A stretch of 64,000 bases of DNA from Nitrososphaeria archaeon (GCA_027078545.1 JALWXN010000004.1:142737-206736); one strand, 5' to 3'; shown: positions 1-10,034, counted from the stretch's first letter. Translations and numbers: made by a program. The notes: generated by a model from the sequence alone, not told the origin.

Positions 1-23
1 GTCTAGATCCTAATAGTCTTGGT

Positions 24-365
24 ATGGGGATCTACGAGTCAGTAGAGAAGATCCTGAGATATAGGGTAGAGAGAACAGCTAAGAAGGGCATATTAAGTAG
101 GGGCAGGATAGGAAACTTCGTAAAAATTGCTATCTCAGGAATATTTGCACTTCTCCTAACCGGTATAATGAATATCAATCCTAGGAACTTCCCAAACACT
201 ACGCTATTCACCGTGGTTAATCTAGTCTACCTAGTGGCCATGTACATGATTTTAACGACAATCGAGAAGAACTCTAGGGATAGAACATTGTTCTATATTG
301 GCGTAGTGCTTGTAATGATGTTGATGATGTTCTCTTCATGGTTCATAACCTTCGCCATCAGGTAG
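24..365 (+). CDS. hypothetical small membrane protein (2-3 predicted TM helices)
   Basis: ORF track; hydrophobic segments; no recognisable family. Confidence 0.3.
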   Translation: MGIYESVEKILRYRVERTAKKGILSRGRIGNFVKIAISGIFALLLTGIMNINPRNFPNTTLFTVVNLVYLVAMYMILTTIEKNSRDRTLFYIGVVLVMMLMMFSSWFITFAIR

Positions 366-836
366 ATCTTCCCTCAATTTCATCCCTGCTGGGGTGGATA
401 GCTTCACATATATCTTGTCGAAGAAGTTGGACAATAGATCGATAAGGGAGGGATCCAGCCGTTCATAGAGCCAGAAAACAACTCCCTGGCTACTCCACAC
501 GTTATTCAGGAGAAGGAGGAGAATAAAGGGGCAGCTCCTACTAGTTAGAGAAAAAAGCTCGGAGCAGGGAATATTATAAATCAGCTTCAACCCACTCTCC
601 GACCAGTTAAACGAGTCGATTAGTACGCTATCAATTGAGAATGGTTTGAATATCCTTAGATTTGTTCTGGGATCTAGCATTGTGGATAGGTCTATAGCTG
701 TCTCAGGATTGATGATATTCAGTACATCCACGATATAGACATCGGGAATCCCCATGCCTACCTCTCTTATCAACCTAGCCAATGCATCCAACTCTCTACG
801 TGGGGGGAGTAGATCCCCATGGACTAGGATCCTCAA
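336..836 (-). CDS. hypothetical protein, likely translationally coupled to xpd (ATGA overlap)
   Basis: ORF immediately downstream of xpd on the same strand with a 4-nt overlap. Confidence 0.3.
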   Translation of the reverse strand: MRILVHGDLLPPRRELDALARLIREVGMGIPDVYIVDVLNIINPETAIDLSTMLDPRTNLRIFKPFSIDSVLIDSFNWSESGLKLIYNIPCSELFSLTSRSCPFILLLLLNNVWSSQGVVFWLYERLDPSLIDLLSNFFDKIYVKLSTPAGMKLREDLPDGEGYEP

Positions 837-2608
837 GCATCACCACCCTTGTCTCTAGGAAATATTATTTTTTCTCTGAACCATTCAGGAATCAAATTCT
901 CTTCTCTGAAATACTTAAGCGCCCTACGCTCAAGCAGATAGATGTTAATACTCCTACGTGGCCTTACAAACCTCCCTATCACCTGGATTATATAGTTGAT
1001 AGCCGGTACTATGTAGCCGTATAGAAACAGTTTTCTCCTCGACCTTGAGGATAGAATCGTCGACAACCTTACATCGTATAGATCATCAATGGGCAGTATA
1101 GAGAGGCCGTAGATTACTATGGATACCTCGCCCCCAACTGATCTAAACAGGTTAACACCTTCTGAATACCGGCCTCTATGAGTCATAAACACAACCTTCT
1201 TTCGGATCCTGATCATATTTTCTATCTCCTTCTCATCCATGATGTCGATTAGGAACGGTGGTGAAAAACTATCTGTCCCAAGCACATAGGAGAGATATTC
1301 ATCATAGACTTGTCTAGACAGATCCTTTGAAGGTAGGAACACGTATATGTCACCCAAGGTTTTCCTCCTAAGCTCGATGAGAAAGTCAACTATTCTACTG
1401 ATCTGCTCAGGTGAACGTTCAACATATCTGCTTGTGAAGGATCTGAGGAGCTTAACAGATATGTTACACTTATCGAGAGGATCGAATAGATAGGGTTTGG
1501 ATAGCTTTATAACAGGTTTCTTCACCCCAAGCTTGCCGAGCATGTCAACATAGAGATCGGTTGGACTTAGGGTTGCTGACATTAGCATCGTTGATAATGA
1601 GGAATTTATCAATTTGGATAGAAAACCGTGGCGACTTGGGAACTGTAGAATCAATTTGTCCCGTAGGATCTTAAGCTCGCCCTCAAACTTCTTAGGCAGG
1701 TGAATTATATCCTGTAGGACATCCATGTATCCATCAAACACTCGGTTGAGAAGCTCCTCGAAAACTAGTATATTCTCTTCCAGCATTCCCTTGGCGAACC
1801 GTCTGTTCAACTGTTCGCTTAGGAATAGGAGGGTCTCATAAGTTCTCTCCTTATCCTTCGCTCCATTCTGTCTCAGCATATCCATTAGAATGGCGACTGT
1901 CCTCGCCTCCTCCTTCCATCCGACACTCTCAAACTTCGTCTGCAGTAGGCGTAGACTTCTAATGTTGAAAACCTTGATTCTGGAATCGATTAGTAGATCC
2001 ATCAAGTTGTGGGCTTCATCTATGAAAACTACATATCTCATGGGGGTAGTGGCTGTAAAGAGGGAACTATCTGTTAAATGGTTGTAGGTAGCGACGATGA
2101 TTGGCGAGTTTTTAGCAATAAATTTAAGCGAGTAGTAGGGGCAGAACCCCTTCTCGATAAGTTTCTCGACGATCTCATTGAAGACCTTGCCCTTGCTGTA
2201 CTCCTTCATATATGTGCTTAATGGATCGCCGGCTACAGTAGCCCTATAATCAGGGCAGTCAAAGCCGTTTCCCCTAGCCCTGCACACTGAATAAGCTATC
2301 GCCGGATTGTTTGGACTCCCATATAAACACATGAGATCCTTACCCATCACAGGGGCTACCAACACGTCTCTATATTCGTAGGACGCGGCGAGATTACGAA
2401 TACGGCTGAAATATTCCTCGACTAGTGTATGGGTTCTTACGAATATGAAGCTGTTTATCCTGCCAAAGTGCCAGAGCTTCATCGCAAGTACACTAGCTAG
2501 TGTGGACTTACCTGCACCAGTAGGCTGTTCAAGTAGGTATACAGCTGGCGATCTTGTCATCTTCCTGAGATAGTACTCAACTACATTGTCATCGATTCCA
2601 GCTTCCAT
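833..2608 (-). CDS. xpd: XPD/Rad3-family 5'-3' DNA helicase with FeS domain
   Basis: Walker A 'EQPTGAGKST', DEAH box 'FIDEAHNL', four-Cys cluster (LMC...SVC...FDC...GFC) between motifs I and II, C-terminal 'VIGRFVRPRR' motif VI-like. Confidence 0.8.
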   Translation of the reverse strand: MEAGIDDNVVEYYLRKMTRSPAVYLLEQPTGAGKSTLASVLAMKLWHFGRINSFIFVRTHTLVEEYFSRIRNLAASYEYRDVLVAPVMGKDLMCLYGSPNNPAIAYSVCRARGNGFDCPDYRATVAGDPLSTYMKEYSKGKVFNEIVEKLIEKGFCPYYSLKFIAKNSPIIVATYNHLTDSSLFTATTPMRYVVFIDEAHNLMDLLIDSRIKVFNIRSLRLLQTKFESVGWKEEARTVAILMDMLRQNGAKDKERTYETLLFLSEQLNRRFAKGMLEENILVFEELLNRVFDGYMDVLQDIIHLPKKFEGELKILRDKLILQFPSRHGFLSKLINSSLSTMLMSATLSPTDLYVDMLGKLGVKKPVIKLSKPYLFDPLDKCNISVKLLRSFTSRYVERSPEQISRIVDFLIELRRKTLGDIYVFLPSKDLSRQVYDEYLSYVLGTDSFSPPFLIDIMDEKEIENMIRIRKKVVFMTHRGRYSEGVNLFRSVGGEVSIVIYGLSILPIDDLYDVRLSTILSSRSRRKLFLYGYIVPAINYIIQVIGRFVRPRRSINIYLLERRALKYFREENLIPEWFREKIIFPRDKGGDA

Positions 2609-2727
2609 CCCATATAGTTATAATTGTATATAGTTTACGAGGAGACGAAGAGTAAGGTGTAAATATTCGCTATCCATGGGAAAAGAGGATATCTAATACT
2701 GATGGGCAACCTATAGATTAACGGGAG

Positions 2728-4959
2728 ATGGCCTATTTCAACCATCCACTTCTAAAGAAGGACACGTTAGAATATCGTGTTTATCAGGACGAACTGGCTA
2801 AGAAGGCGGCGAAGAAAAACACTCTACTCGTCCTCCCAACGGGAACAGGTAAGACTGTAATAGCCCTACTAACTATACTTAGATGGTTGGATGAAAACCC
2901 TGATGGTAGGGCCTTCTTTCTAGCCCCTACAAGACCCCTTGTACATCAACACTATAAATTCTTTAGATCAGTCCTAGAGGGAGGGGTAACTATAGGTGTC
3001 TTGACGGGTGAACAGAGGCCTGAAAATAGGAGGATCCTATGGAATCAGAAAATAGTGTTTGCTACTCCCCAGATACTCTATAACGATCTAGTTAGGGGTA
3101 CAGTCTCAATAAGTAACAATGATATTCTAGTGTTCGACGAGGCTCACAGAGCAGTTGGCAACTATGCATACGTAAAGATAGTTACGTATCTCAGACTAAG
3201 ATCAATAGAGCCTAGGATACTAGCCATGACAGCATCGCCGGGCGATAAGACGAAGACCATGGAGATCATACGTAACCTAGGACTGGAGAACCTTGAGATC
3301 TATACCCATGACGATCCGCTGATCGAGCAGTACTTCCACGGATATAGCGTGAAACCAGTCTTCATAGAGATGGATCCTGTCCTTAGACACATAATCAACC
3401 TGGTGAAGACTGTTATGGAGAGATATGTCGACAGGGCCAACCTCATGCTCGAACCCTACGAGCTGAGGATCGACAAATCCAGAGTCTCATATAGCCAGAT
3501 AGAGGAGATAAGGACACAGCTAAACGAGAAGATAACACCATTTAACGCCGTAGAGGAGAAGAAGATCAAGATGATAAGGAAGATCCTCTATGAGATCATC
3601 CTCCTAGACAAATTCCTAACATACCTGGAGAGCTATACATACCAAACCGCACACAAATACATCTCTGAACTACTCGGATACTCGGGAAGCTCCAAGAAAG
3701 GCCTCAGCCTTAAAAATGAACGGGAGATCAGGGAAGCGTACTACCTCTTAGACTCACTTATCCGAAACGGCAGGATGCATCCAAAGACACAGAAACTGAT
3801 AAACGTGCTCTCAGAGGAGGAGTTTAGACGTGCACTTGTATTTACGACTCTAAAAGAGAACGCCTATGAGCTGAGCAGTATAATTGCAACTAAGCTCGGG
3901 ATCCCCTCATCCGTACTGGTAGGCAGGGGAAACAATGGGAGCAAGGGTATGAAGCAGAGTCTACAGATAAAGACCTTGGAAGACTTCAGCTCAGGAGCGA
4001 TAAGAGTCCTCGTAGCGACAAACATTGGGGAGGAGGGCCTAGACATTTCAGAGGTAGATCTGGTCATCTTCTACGACAACCCAGTAAGCGTCATCAGAAG
4101 GATACAGCGTATGGGTAGAACGGGACGTAAACAACATGGGAAAGTCATATTCCTAATACTCAGGGGGACCAGGGACGAGAAGAAGTACTATGCAGGGATA
4201 CATAGATATAGGAGACTAGTAAGAGAGTTGAAAGAGCTTAAGAAGGAGCTTGAACTGATGAGCACCTCATCAACACTAGACAACTTCATCTCAAGCGAAC
4301 AGAGAAGGGAGGAGTACGTCGTCATAGTAGATACTAGGGAGCAGGGAAGCATTGTAAACAAGCTAGAGGCCATGAGGATACCCGTGAGGATAGAGTCACT
4401 AGAAATAGGTGACTACATCATCGGCAGAACCATAATCGAGAGGAAGACTGTGAAGGACTTTATGAGATCCCTCTATGAGGGTAGGCTATTCACACAGCTT
4501 AAAGAACTATCCACGCTAAAGGACTATAACAAGATCCTGCTCCTAGAGGGAGATAAAAAGGAGCTCCTAATATCAATGGGAACAAATACAGCAATAGGCA
4601 CCATACTAACCATAGTCAACGACTACAAGATCCCTATCTACTACAGCGAGAATGAGGAGGAGACCGCCAACCTGCTAAAGGTGCTCTACAACAGAGCGGT
4701 TAGAAACAAGGAGAAGACGGAGCGCATAAGGATGGATAAGAAGCCTAAGCAGCTAGAGGAGATACAGCTATATGTACTGGCTGGGATACCCGGGATAGAC
4801 AACAAGATGGCCAGGAGACTACTGGAGAAGTTCGGATCTCTAAAAGCAATAGCTAATGCCTCTCCAAACGACCTTATGAAGGTCCACGGAATCGGACCCG
4901 AGCTGGCTATGAGGATATACCGGGTATTCAATCATCACTACCGTGAGAAGGCTTCCTAG
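2728..4959 (+). CDS. hef: Hef: DEAH helicase fused to XPF/Mus81-type nuclease and HhH2
   Basis: 'LVLPTGTGKT', 'FDEAHRA', nuclease motif 'GDYIIGRTIIERKTVKDF', C-terminal HhH 'GIPGIDNKMARRLLEKFGS'. Confidence 0.85.
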   Translation: MAYFNHPLLKKDTLEYRVYQDELAKKAAKKNTLLVLPTGTGKTVIALLTILRWLDENPDGRAFFLAPTRPLVHQHYKFFRSVLEGGVTIGVLTGEQRPENRRILWNQKIVFATPQILYNDLVRGTVSISNNDILVFDEAHRAVGNYAYVKIVTYLRLRSIEPRILAMTASPGDKTKTMEIIRNLGLENLEIYTHDDPLIEQYFHGYSVKPVFIEMDPVLRHIINLVKTVMERYVDRANLMLEPYELRIDKSRVSYSQIEEIRTQLNEKITPFNAVEEKKIKMIRKILYEIILLDKFLTYLESYTYQTAHKYISELLGYSGSSKKGLSLKNEREIREAYYLLDSLIRNGRMHPKTQKLINVLSEEEFRRALVFTTLKENAYELSSIIATKLGIPSSVLVGRGNNGSKGMKQSLQIKTLEDFSSGAIRVLVATNIGEEGLDISEVDLVIFYDNPVSVIRRIQRMGRTGRKQHGKVIFLILRGTRDEKKYYAGIHRYRRLVRELKELKKELELMSTSSTLDNFISSEQRREEYVVIVDTREQGSIVNKLEAMRIPVRIESLEIGDYIIGRTIIERKTVKDFMRSLYEGRLFTQLKELSTLKDYNKILLLEGDKKELLISMGTNTAIGTILTIVNDYKIPIYYSENEEETANLLKVLYNRAVRNKEKTERIRMDKKPKQLEEIQLYVLAGIPGIDNKMARRLLEKFGSLKAIANASPNDLMKVHGIGPELAMRIYRVFNHHYREKAS

Positions 4960-5281
4960 CAAGGTTAAGAAGCCTGACGAGAGACTCTAGCATAGCCAGA
5001 TCCTCCCTACTCAGCTCCTCCTTAGACAGGAGACCCCTAATCTCATTAACCAGCCTATACCTCAGAGTATTCCTGACCTCCCTCTCAAGCTCATCAACAT
5101 ACTCATCAAAAGTATCCACGACCTTAACATCCCTATCACAGACTGCACAGAAATACCTGTCGTCCTTCTTCAAGAGCGGGGACCCACATGATGGACACTC
5201 CAGATCCGTGAGGATCCATCCCTGCTTCATCAACCTACTTATACGTTTCTCCTCTCCTCCCATCCCAGTTAGAATTAGCAT
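4928..5281 (-). CDS. zinc-ribbon protein (UPF0148-like)
   Basis: 'CPSCGSPLLKKDDRYFCAVCD' CxxC...CxxC ribbon followed by a coiled-coil tail. Confidence 0.5.
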   Translation of the reverse strand: MLILTGMGGEEKRISRLMKQGWILTDLECPSCGSPLLKKDDRYFCAVCDRDVKVVDTFDEYVDELEREVRNTLRYRLVNEIRGLLSKEELSREDLAMLESLVRLLNLARKPSHGSDD

Positions 5282-5354
5282 CCACCCGAATTATAATGAT
5301 GCCTAACCCCTAATTCATCGCCTTATAAATCTTCATATTCCCCAACCCTTTATA

Positions 5355-5648
5355 GTGGGAGGTGGTCCTATGCCCAGAAGAATGAGCAAGACAGAGATCG
5401 AGGAACGATTCAAGAAGGCTAAGGAGATCCTCGGGAAGATAGTCAATAATAGACAGATACCTAGGAACATTAGGAGACTCGCCGAGGAGACCATGGCCAT
5501 ACTAGACGACGAGTCCATGACACCAGCCGCCAGAGCAGCATCAGCCATACAGAACATAGAGAACATGGCATATGACCCCAACATGCCCATATTCGCAAGG
5601 ATGTGGGTATGGTCAGCAGTGGCGATTCTTGAGCCTATAAGAGACTAA
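5355..5648 (+). CDS. small conserved archaeal protein (UPF0147-like)
   Basis: 'IPRNIRRLAEE' motif and ~90 aa helical protein; true start probably an internal Met (MPRRMSK). Confidence 0.45.
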   Translation: MGGGPMPRRMSKTEIEERFKKAKEILGKIVNNRQIPRNIRRLAEETMAILDDESMTPAARAASAIQNIENMAYDPNMPIFARMWVWSAVAILEPIRD

Positions 5649-5685
5649 CCAATATAATGACTAGCCATACAATCTAGATTTTGGT

Positions 5686-5807
5686 GGAGGGGTTCCCCTA
5701 GCCTGGCCAACCCCCCACGGGGGGCTATCGGGGGCGGGCTCAAGGTTGAAAGAGGAGAAACCCGCTGGCGTAGGCCTTCGTGGGTTCAAATCCCACCCCC
5801 TCCACCA
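5686..5807 (+). tRNA. tRNA-Leu(CAA) with two introns (one in the D-loop, one after position 37), CCA encoded
   Basis: Acceptor GGAGGGG/CCCCTCC, A73, long variable arm, T-arm GTGGGTTCAAATCCCAC; ~34 extra nt compared with the intron-free tRNA-Leu copy at 49107. Confidence 0.7.
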
Positions 5808-5815
5808 ATGCATAG

Positions 5816-5934
5816 GCCGGGATGCCCGAGTGGCCCAAGGGGTCGCCGCAGCGGCCTAGGCCTCGAGATCCCCCTGCTCGGGCTAGCCGATGGGGCTCCG
5901 CCCCGCGTGGGTTCAAATCCCACTCCCGGCGCCA
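5816..5934 (+). tRNA. class II tRNA (Ser-like: G73, variable stem GGGGC/GCCCC) with an ~31-nt intron; anticodon not resolved by eye
   Basis: Acceptor GCCGGGA/TCCCGGC, D-arm CCC-GAGTGGCCCAA-GGG, T-arm GTGGGTTCAAATCCCAC, CCA encoded. Confidence 0.6.
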
Positions 5935-5940
5935 ACATAC

Positions 5941-7410
5941 TTGATCCAGGTGCACCTAAAGGTGAGGATTGAGGAGGTAGTACGATACATCAACAGCCAG
6001 GGATACATAGTACCTACAACCGTCATAAAGAGGTTTGAAGGTGTAGAGATAGATCTTGACGAAGACAGGATAACCCAGTTCCTCCTCGAACAGGGAAGCA
6101 TCATAATTGACGAGGAGAGTATAACGTCCTTCCTAGAAAGATACGTAACCAAGACGGGAGAAACCGAGGAGGAACTAGAGATCGATATACTCTTGGAACA
6201 TGATAACACGAGGATAAATGATCCAGCGGTTTTCCAGGAACTCCTCAGGAGCAGATATGAGGACCTGAGAAAAAGGGTCGTCAGATCCATCGGGACATCC
6301 CAGATCTATACTGCGTCATCCCTCTTCACCGACATAGCCCTAAAGAAAGATATTAAAACGGTCTACGTAGCCGGCCTGATATACTCGAAGAGAGTCATGG
6401 AGGACAGAGTAACAATAGAGCTGGAAGATCTATCAGGCATGATAACCGCAACAGTGTACAAGAATACAAGGCCACAGGTATACAATACGGTGGTTAGACT
6501 CCCCCTAGACAGTTTAGTTGGACTCAAACTCAGAGTTGGTAATGAGGGCCGGTTAGCAATAGAGGACGTATATTTACCCAAGACCAAGAGCCTAGGCCAG
6601 ACGAGGAATGTCGATGCATACATAGCCCTTATATCTGATATTCACGTTGGAAGTAAGAAGTTCAACGAGGAGCTCTTCCTAGAATTCATAGACATACTGA
6701 GGGGGGAGACCGACAACACAGTACTCAGGGAGATCGTGAGGAAGACCGAGGCCCTCCTAATAGCTGGAGACCTTGTCGACGGTGTAGGAGTATACCCAAA
6801 CCAAGAGAAGGAGTTGGATATAGATGATCTATGGCAACAATATGAGTATGCATATAGCCTGATATCTAAGATTCCCCGCCGGATCAGGGTCATAATCATA
6901 CCAGGTAACCACGACGCAAGCAGAAACGCCCTGCCACAGCCACCAATCTTCAAAAAATTTGCTGGAAAACTCTATGAAGACACACGTGTTTACATGCTCC
7001 CAAACCCTGTAAACATAGGTTTGCAGGGTGTAAACACGTACATCTACCACGGAGACTATATCCAAGACCTATTAACATCAACGCCTACCGTGGATCTAGA
7101 CGACGTGGCCTCAGCCACAAAGATAATGATCAACACAGGCCACGTAGCCACCAACCTATCGCTAAACACCAAGGTGTTCCCCACACCAAACGACACCCTA
7201 GTACTACCTCCCAATATCGACCTGCTACACTTCGGCCATACGCATAAATTCAGGATCATGAAGATCAACGGCGTACTAGCCATAAACAGTGGGACATTCC
7301 AGGAACAGACAACGTTCCAGAAGATGATGAAGATAGAGCCCGATGTAGGGAAAGTGGCGTTCATACATCTAGACGGCCTGAAACCCTTGACTCTAGACCT
7401 AACCGCCTAG
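5941..7410 (+). CDS. polD1: DNA polymerase D small subunit DP1 (calcineurin-like phosphoesterase)
   Basis: 'ISDIHVGS', 'IIPGNHD', 'GHTH' phosphoesterase motifs; the ORF-track start overlaps the tRNA, so the real start is probably TTG/GTG near 5941-5962. Confidence 0.8.
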   Translation: MIQVHLKVRIEEVVRYINSQGYIVPTTVIKRFEGVEIDLDEDRITQFLLEQGSIIIDEESITSFLERYVTKTGETEEELEIDILLEHDNTRINDPAVFQELLRSRYEDLRKRVVRSIGTSQIYTASSLFTDIALKKDIKTVYVAGLIYSKRVMEDRVTIELEDLSGMITATVYKNTRPQVYNTVVRLPLDSLVGLKLRVGNEGRLAIEDVYLPKTKSLGQTRNVDAYIALISDIHVGSKKFNEELFLEFIDILRGETDNTVLREIVRKTEALLIAGDLVDGVGVYPNQEKELDIDDLWQQYEYAYSLISKIPRRIRVIIIPGNHDASRNALPQPPIFKKFAGKLYEDTRVYMLPNPVNIGLQGVNTYIYHGDYIQDLLTSTPTVDLDDVASATKIMINTGHVATNLSLNTKVFPTPNDTLVLPPNIDLLHFGHTHKFRIMKINGVLAINSGTFQEQTTFQKMMKIEPDVGKVAFIHLDGLKPLTLDLTA

Positions 7411-7413
7411 ACG

Positions 7414-8619
7414 TTAGAGAATATCCTCGATCAATGGATCTTCGGACAACGACTTCAACAATTCCTCCCTATCAACAAGAAGCCTGACAGTGCTAACCCT
7501 CCCACCTCTACGGCCATAGTTGTAGATCCTCCTACTTACAAGACCCATAACAGCCAACTCGGAGACGAGGCTATAGAACCTCCTATAGGAGAGTGGATCC
7601 TCCCCCACCAGTTTACACAACCCGGTATATATGCTGTATAGCTTGGAAGACTGGATATTAGTTGATCCAGCCTTGACTAGAGACACTAGGATGATCTTGC
7701 TGTGGAAGGGAAGCGTCTTGATCACCTCGGCGGTCCTCTCCACATCAATCCTCTCATAAGCCTCCCTAACATGCTCCTCAACAACTCTATGATCACCCCG
7801 TTCCTCAGCGATCTCACCAGCAACCCTGATGATGTCGAGGGCCTTCCTAGCATCCCCATGCTCGGATGCTGAGAGGGCTGCGGCCAGCTTGATACTACCG
7901 TCCTCAACAACGTTCGGCTTGAAGGCAAGCTTAACCCTCTCCCTGATAATCACCTCAAGCTCAGAAGCGGTATAGGGTTTAAACACGATCTCCTCCTCAC
8001 TAAGACTGGAGAGTACCCTAGGATCCATAAGATCCTTAAACCTAAGGTCGTTGGATATCCCGATGATCATGTAGGGAATATCGGCACCCTCATATCCAGC
8101 CCTTGTGAAGGAGTATAGAAGCTGATCACCATACCTAGTAACCAACACGTCTATCTCATCCAGCACTATGACTATCGGAATCCTATCCTCCCTCAGCCTC
8201 AGAAGAACCCTAGAAATACCCTCCTCAACCGATAGGCCGGTGAAGGGTAGATCAACCCCAATATCCGAAGCGATGCTAGCGACGACCCTATACTCGGTTC
8301 CGGCCATCCTACAGTTGACATATGAGATGTAGGCCGGGATACTATTCCTCTCGAGAAAGTCTCTCAGCCGGCCCAGTACATACTTAGTAACCGCGGTCTT
8401 ACCCGTACCTGGCTTACCATAGATAAAGACGTTAGAGCTCTTCTCACCACGTATTATAGGGGAGATCAGCCTACCAAGCCTAGCAATCTCCTCATCCCTA
8501 AACGGTAGGCTACTCGGAATATAGTCGTGGAACAGGACCTTCTTGTCACGGAATATCGGGCTCTCAGACACCGCCCGCTCAAAGATCTTGTCAAGAAAAT
8601 CATCCGACACACCTCCCAC
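7414..8619 (-). CDS. cdc6: Orc1/Cdc6 replication initiator
   Basis: AAA+ 'YGKPGTGKT', Walker B 'IVLDEID', C-terminal winged helix. Confidence 0.9.
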   Translation of the reverse strand: MGGVSDDFLDKIFERAVSESPIFRDKKVLFHDYIPSSLPFRDEEIARLGRLISPIIRGEKSSNVFIYGKPGTGKTAVTKYVLGRLRDFLERNSIPAYISYVNCRMAGTEYRVVASIASDIGVDLPFTGLSVEEGISRVLLRLREDRIPIVIVLDEIDVLVTRYGDQLLYSFTRAGYEGADIPYMIIGISNDLRFKDLMDPRVLSSLSEEEIVFKPYTASELEVIIRERVKLAFKPNVVEDGSIKLAAALSASEHGDARKALDIIRVAGEIAEERGDHRVVEEHVREAYERIDVERTAEVIKTLPFHSKIILVSLVKAGSTNIQSSKLYSIYTGLCKLVGEDPLSYRRFYSLVSELAVMGLVSRRIYNYGRRGGRVSTVRLLVDREELLKSLSEDPLIEDIL

Positions 8620-8939
8620 CTAGTCAATTCAAGTGTTTCAAATGTTCTTTACTCTTCTGTGACTAGTGAGCACATAGGGTTAGATACATACTATGAACAT
8701 CACTCTAGAACTTCATCCGCTTTTCCTACGTTCAGTATATGAAATATCATACTGAAACAGATGAAACCAAGGGGTGGGGAGTTTCACATGTTTCGCAGCT
8801 TTTCACAGGAAAGGCCTAAACCCCTCTGTTTCAAGTGAAACCTGTGAATAGCTATCAAGATTCCTCCAGGAATGTAACCCTTTAGGAGGCTTGCCTAACA
8901 CAAGCTTTATCACTTCACAGATCTACACTATATACAGTC
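8620..8939. promoter_or_regulatory. putative replication origin with ORB-like dyad repeats
   Basis: Repeats GTTTCAAATGTTC, GAAACAGATGAAACC, GTTTCACATGTTTC and the palindrome GTTTCAAGTGAAAC in the intergenic region next to cdc6. Confidence 0.4.
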
Positions 8940-9347
8940 ATGAAGCGAAAAGTGAAGATCGAGGTCGAGGCCGACGATGGTACGAAGATCAGGATAGAGG
9001 TTCCCAACAATGATCCTGAGAAGATATACATGTATCTCAAGGCCCTCAACATGATAACCGGTGGTAAGGATCTCCAAGAGGCCGGATCTGAAAAGGCCGG
9101 ATCCAGGGAAGCCACCCTCATTGTAGACAGGGTACGCGAGATAATCCTATCTGAATTCGGTATGAGCACCTTCACCTTACATGATCTCTACAAGATTTAC
9201 GAGATGAAGTATGGTGAGTCTATCCCGAAGTCGACACTATCGACATATCTATCGCGCTTTGTAGATGATGGGTTGATAGAGAGGATCGGTAGAAGAGGGA
9301 GCTACAGGTATAGGGTAGCATCACCCGCTTTGTTCCATACCCAATAA
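8940..9347 (+). CDS. winged-helix DNA-binding protein
   Basis: C-terminal 'STLSTYLSRFVDDGLIERIGRRGSYRYRV' wHTH-like segment. Confidence 0.4.
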   Translation: MKRKVKIEVEADDGTKIRIEVPNNDPEKIYMYLKALNMITGGKDLQEAGSEKAGSREATLIVDRVREIILSEFGMSTFTLHDLYKIYEMKYGESIPKSTLSTYLSRFVDDGLIERIGRRGSYRYRVASPALFHTQ

Positions 9348-9920
9348 CTCTCTTATCTCGTCAATCCTGTCAGGGTTGACACGATATCTATAGGGCTTGG
9401 ATGTCTCAATCCTAACAACGTATCCCTTACTATACAGCATCTTGAGGACACGGGAAATATGCTCCCTAGACTTTCCTAGACTTGAACTCAGCTCCGATGA
9501 TGTAGCCTCACCCCTATCCATTAGGAGTGATAAGACCTCTACCTCTGCCCTGGATAGTGCTGCCGATCTCCTAGGCCTCCTCTCCATAGCCTCAGTAGGT
9601 CGCATACTACTGGGAACTGGTACTGGTTCAGGTGTAGCCTCACGAGCAGTAGATACTATGGATTCCTTGCCTTCTGATCCTACTCTCCTCTCGTTGGAAA
9701 GTTTGGCCTCTAGTAGTGAGACTCTACTCTTAACAGTCTTCAGATCCTCCCTGAGTCTGGATATGCTTTGTTGGAGAGAATAGATCTCGGAGTAGCTAAG
9801 GCCTTCGATATGCTTCCTTGTATCTGATATTATCCTCATCATCATGATGATGACTAGTGACGTAGAGATGACAAACACTGTAAGCGCTATATCCATGAGT
9901 GATATCATGACAATATACAT
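9321..9920 (-). CDS. membrane-anchored coiled-coil protein with C-terminal winged-helix HTH
   Basis: N-terminal TM helix, central coiled coil, C-terminal 'LSRAEVEVLSLLMDRGEATSSELSSSLGKSREHISRVLKMLYSKGYVVRIE'. Confidence 0.45.
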   Translation of the reverse strand: MYIVMISLMDIALTVFVISTSLVIIMMMRIISDTRKHIEGLSYSEIYSLQQSISRLREDLKTVKSRVSLLEAKLSNERRVGSEGKESIVSTAREATPEPVPVPSSMRPTEAMERRPRRSAALSRAEVEVLSLLMDRGEATSSELSSSLGKSREHISRVLKMLYSKGYVVRIETSKPYRYRVNPDRIDEIRELLGMEQSG

Positions 9921-10034
9921 TTTGTGACGTCATCATTATAAACAGTGATGCGGCTCCTCAATACGGAAATAATAAGATGTGGACCTGGATCACTAGACCA
10001 GCAAAAAGATCCGCATGTCTATATTCTCTCGCGA

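Noticed and set aside
5890-5940. First 17 codons of the ORF-track PolD small subunit (MGLRPAWVQIPLPAPTY)
   Set aside because: These codons are the translated 3' half of the tRNA at 5816-5934. The real CDS must start downstream.
5740-5955. 71-aa minus-strand ORF (MHLDQVCWRREWDLNPRGAEPH...)
   Set aside because: It is an antisense translation of the two tRNA genes.
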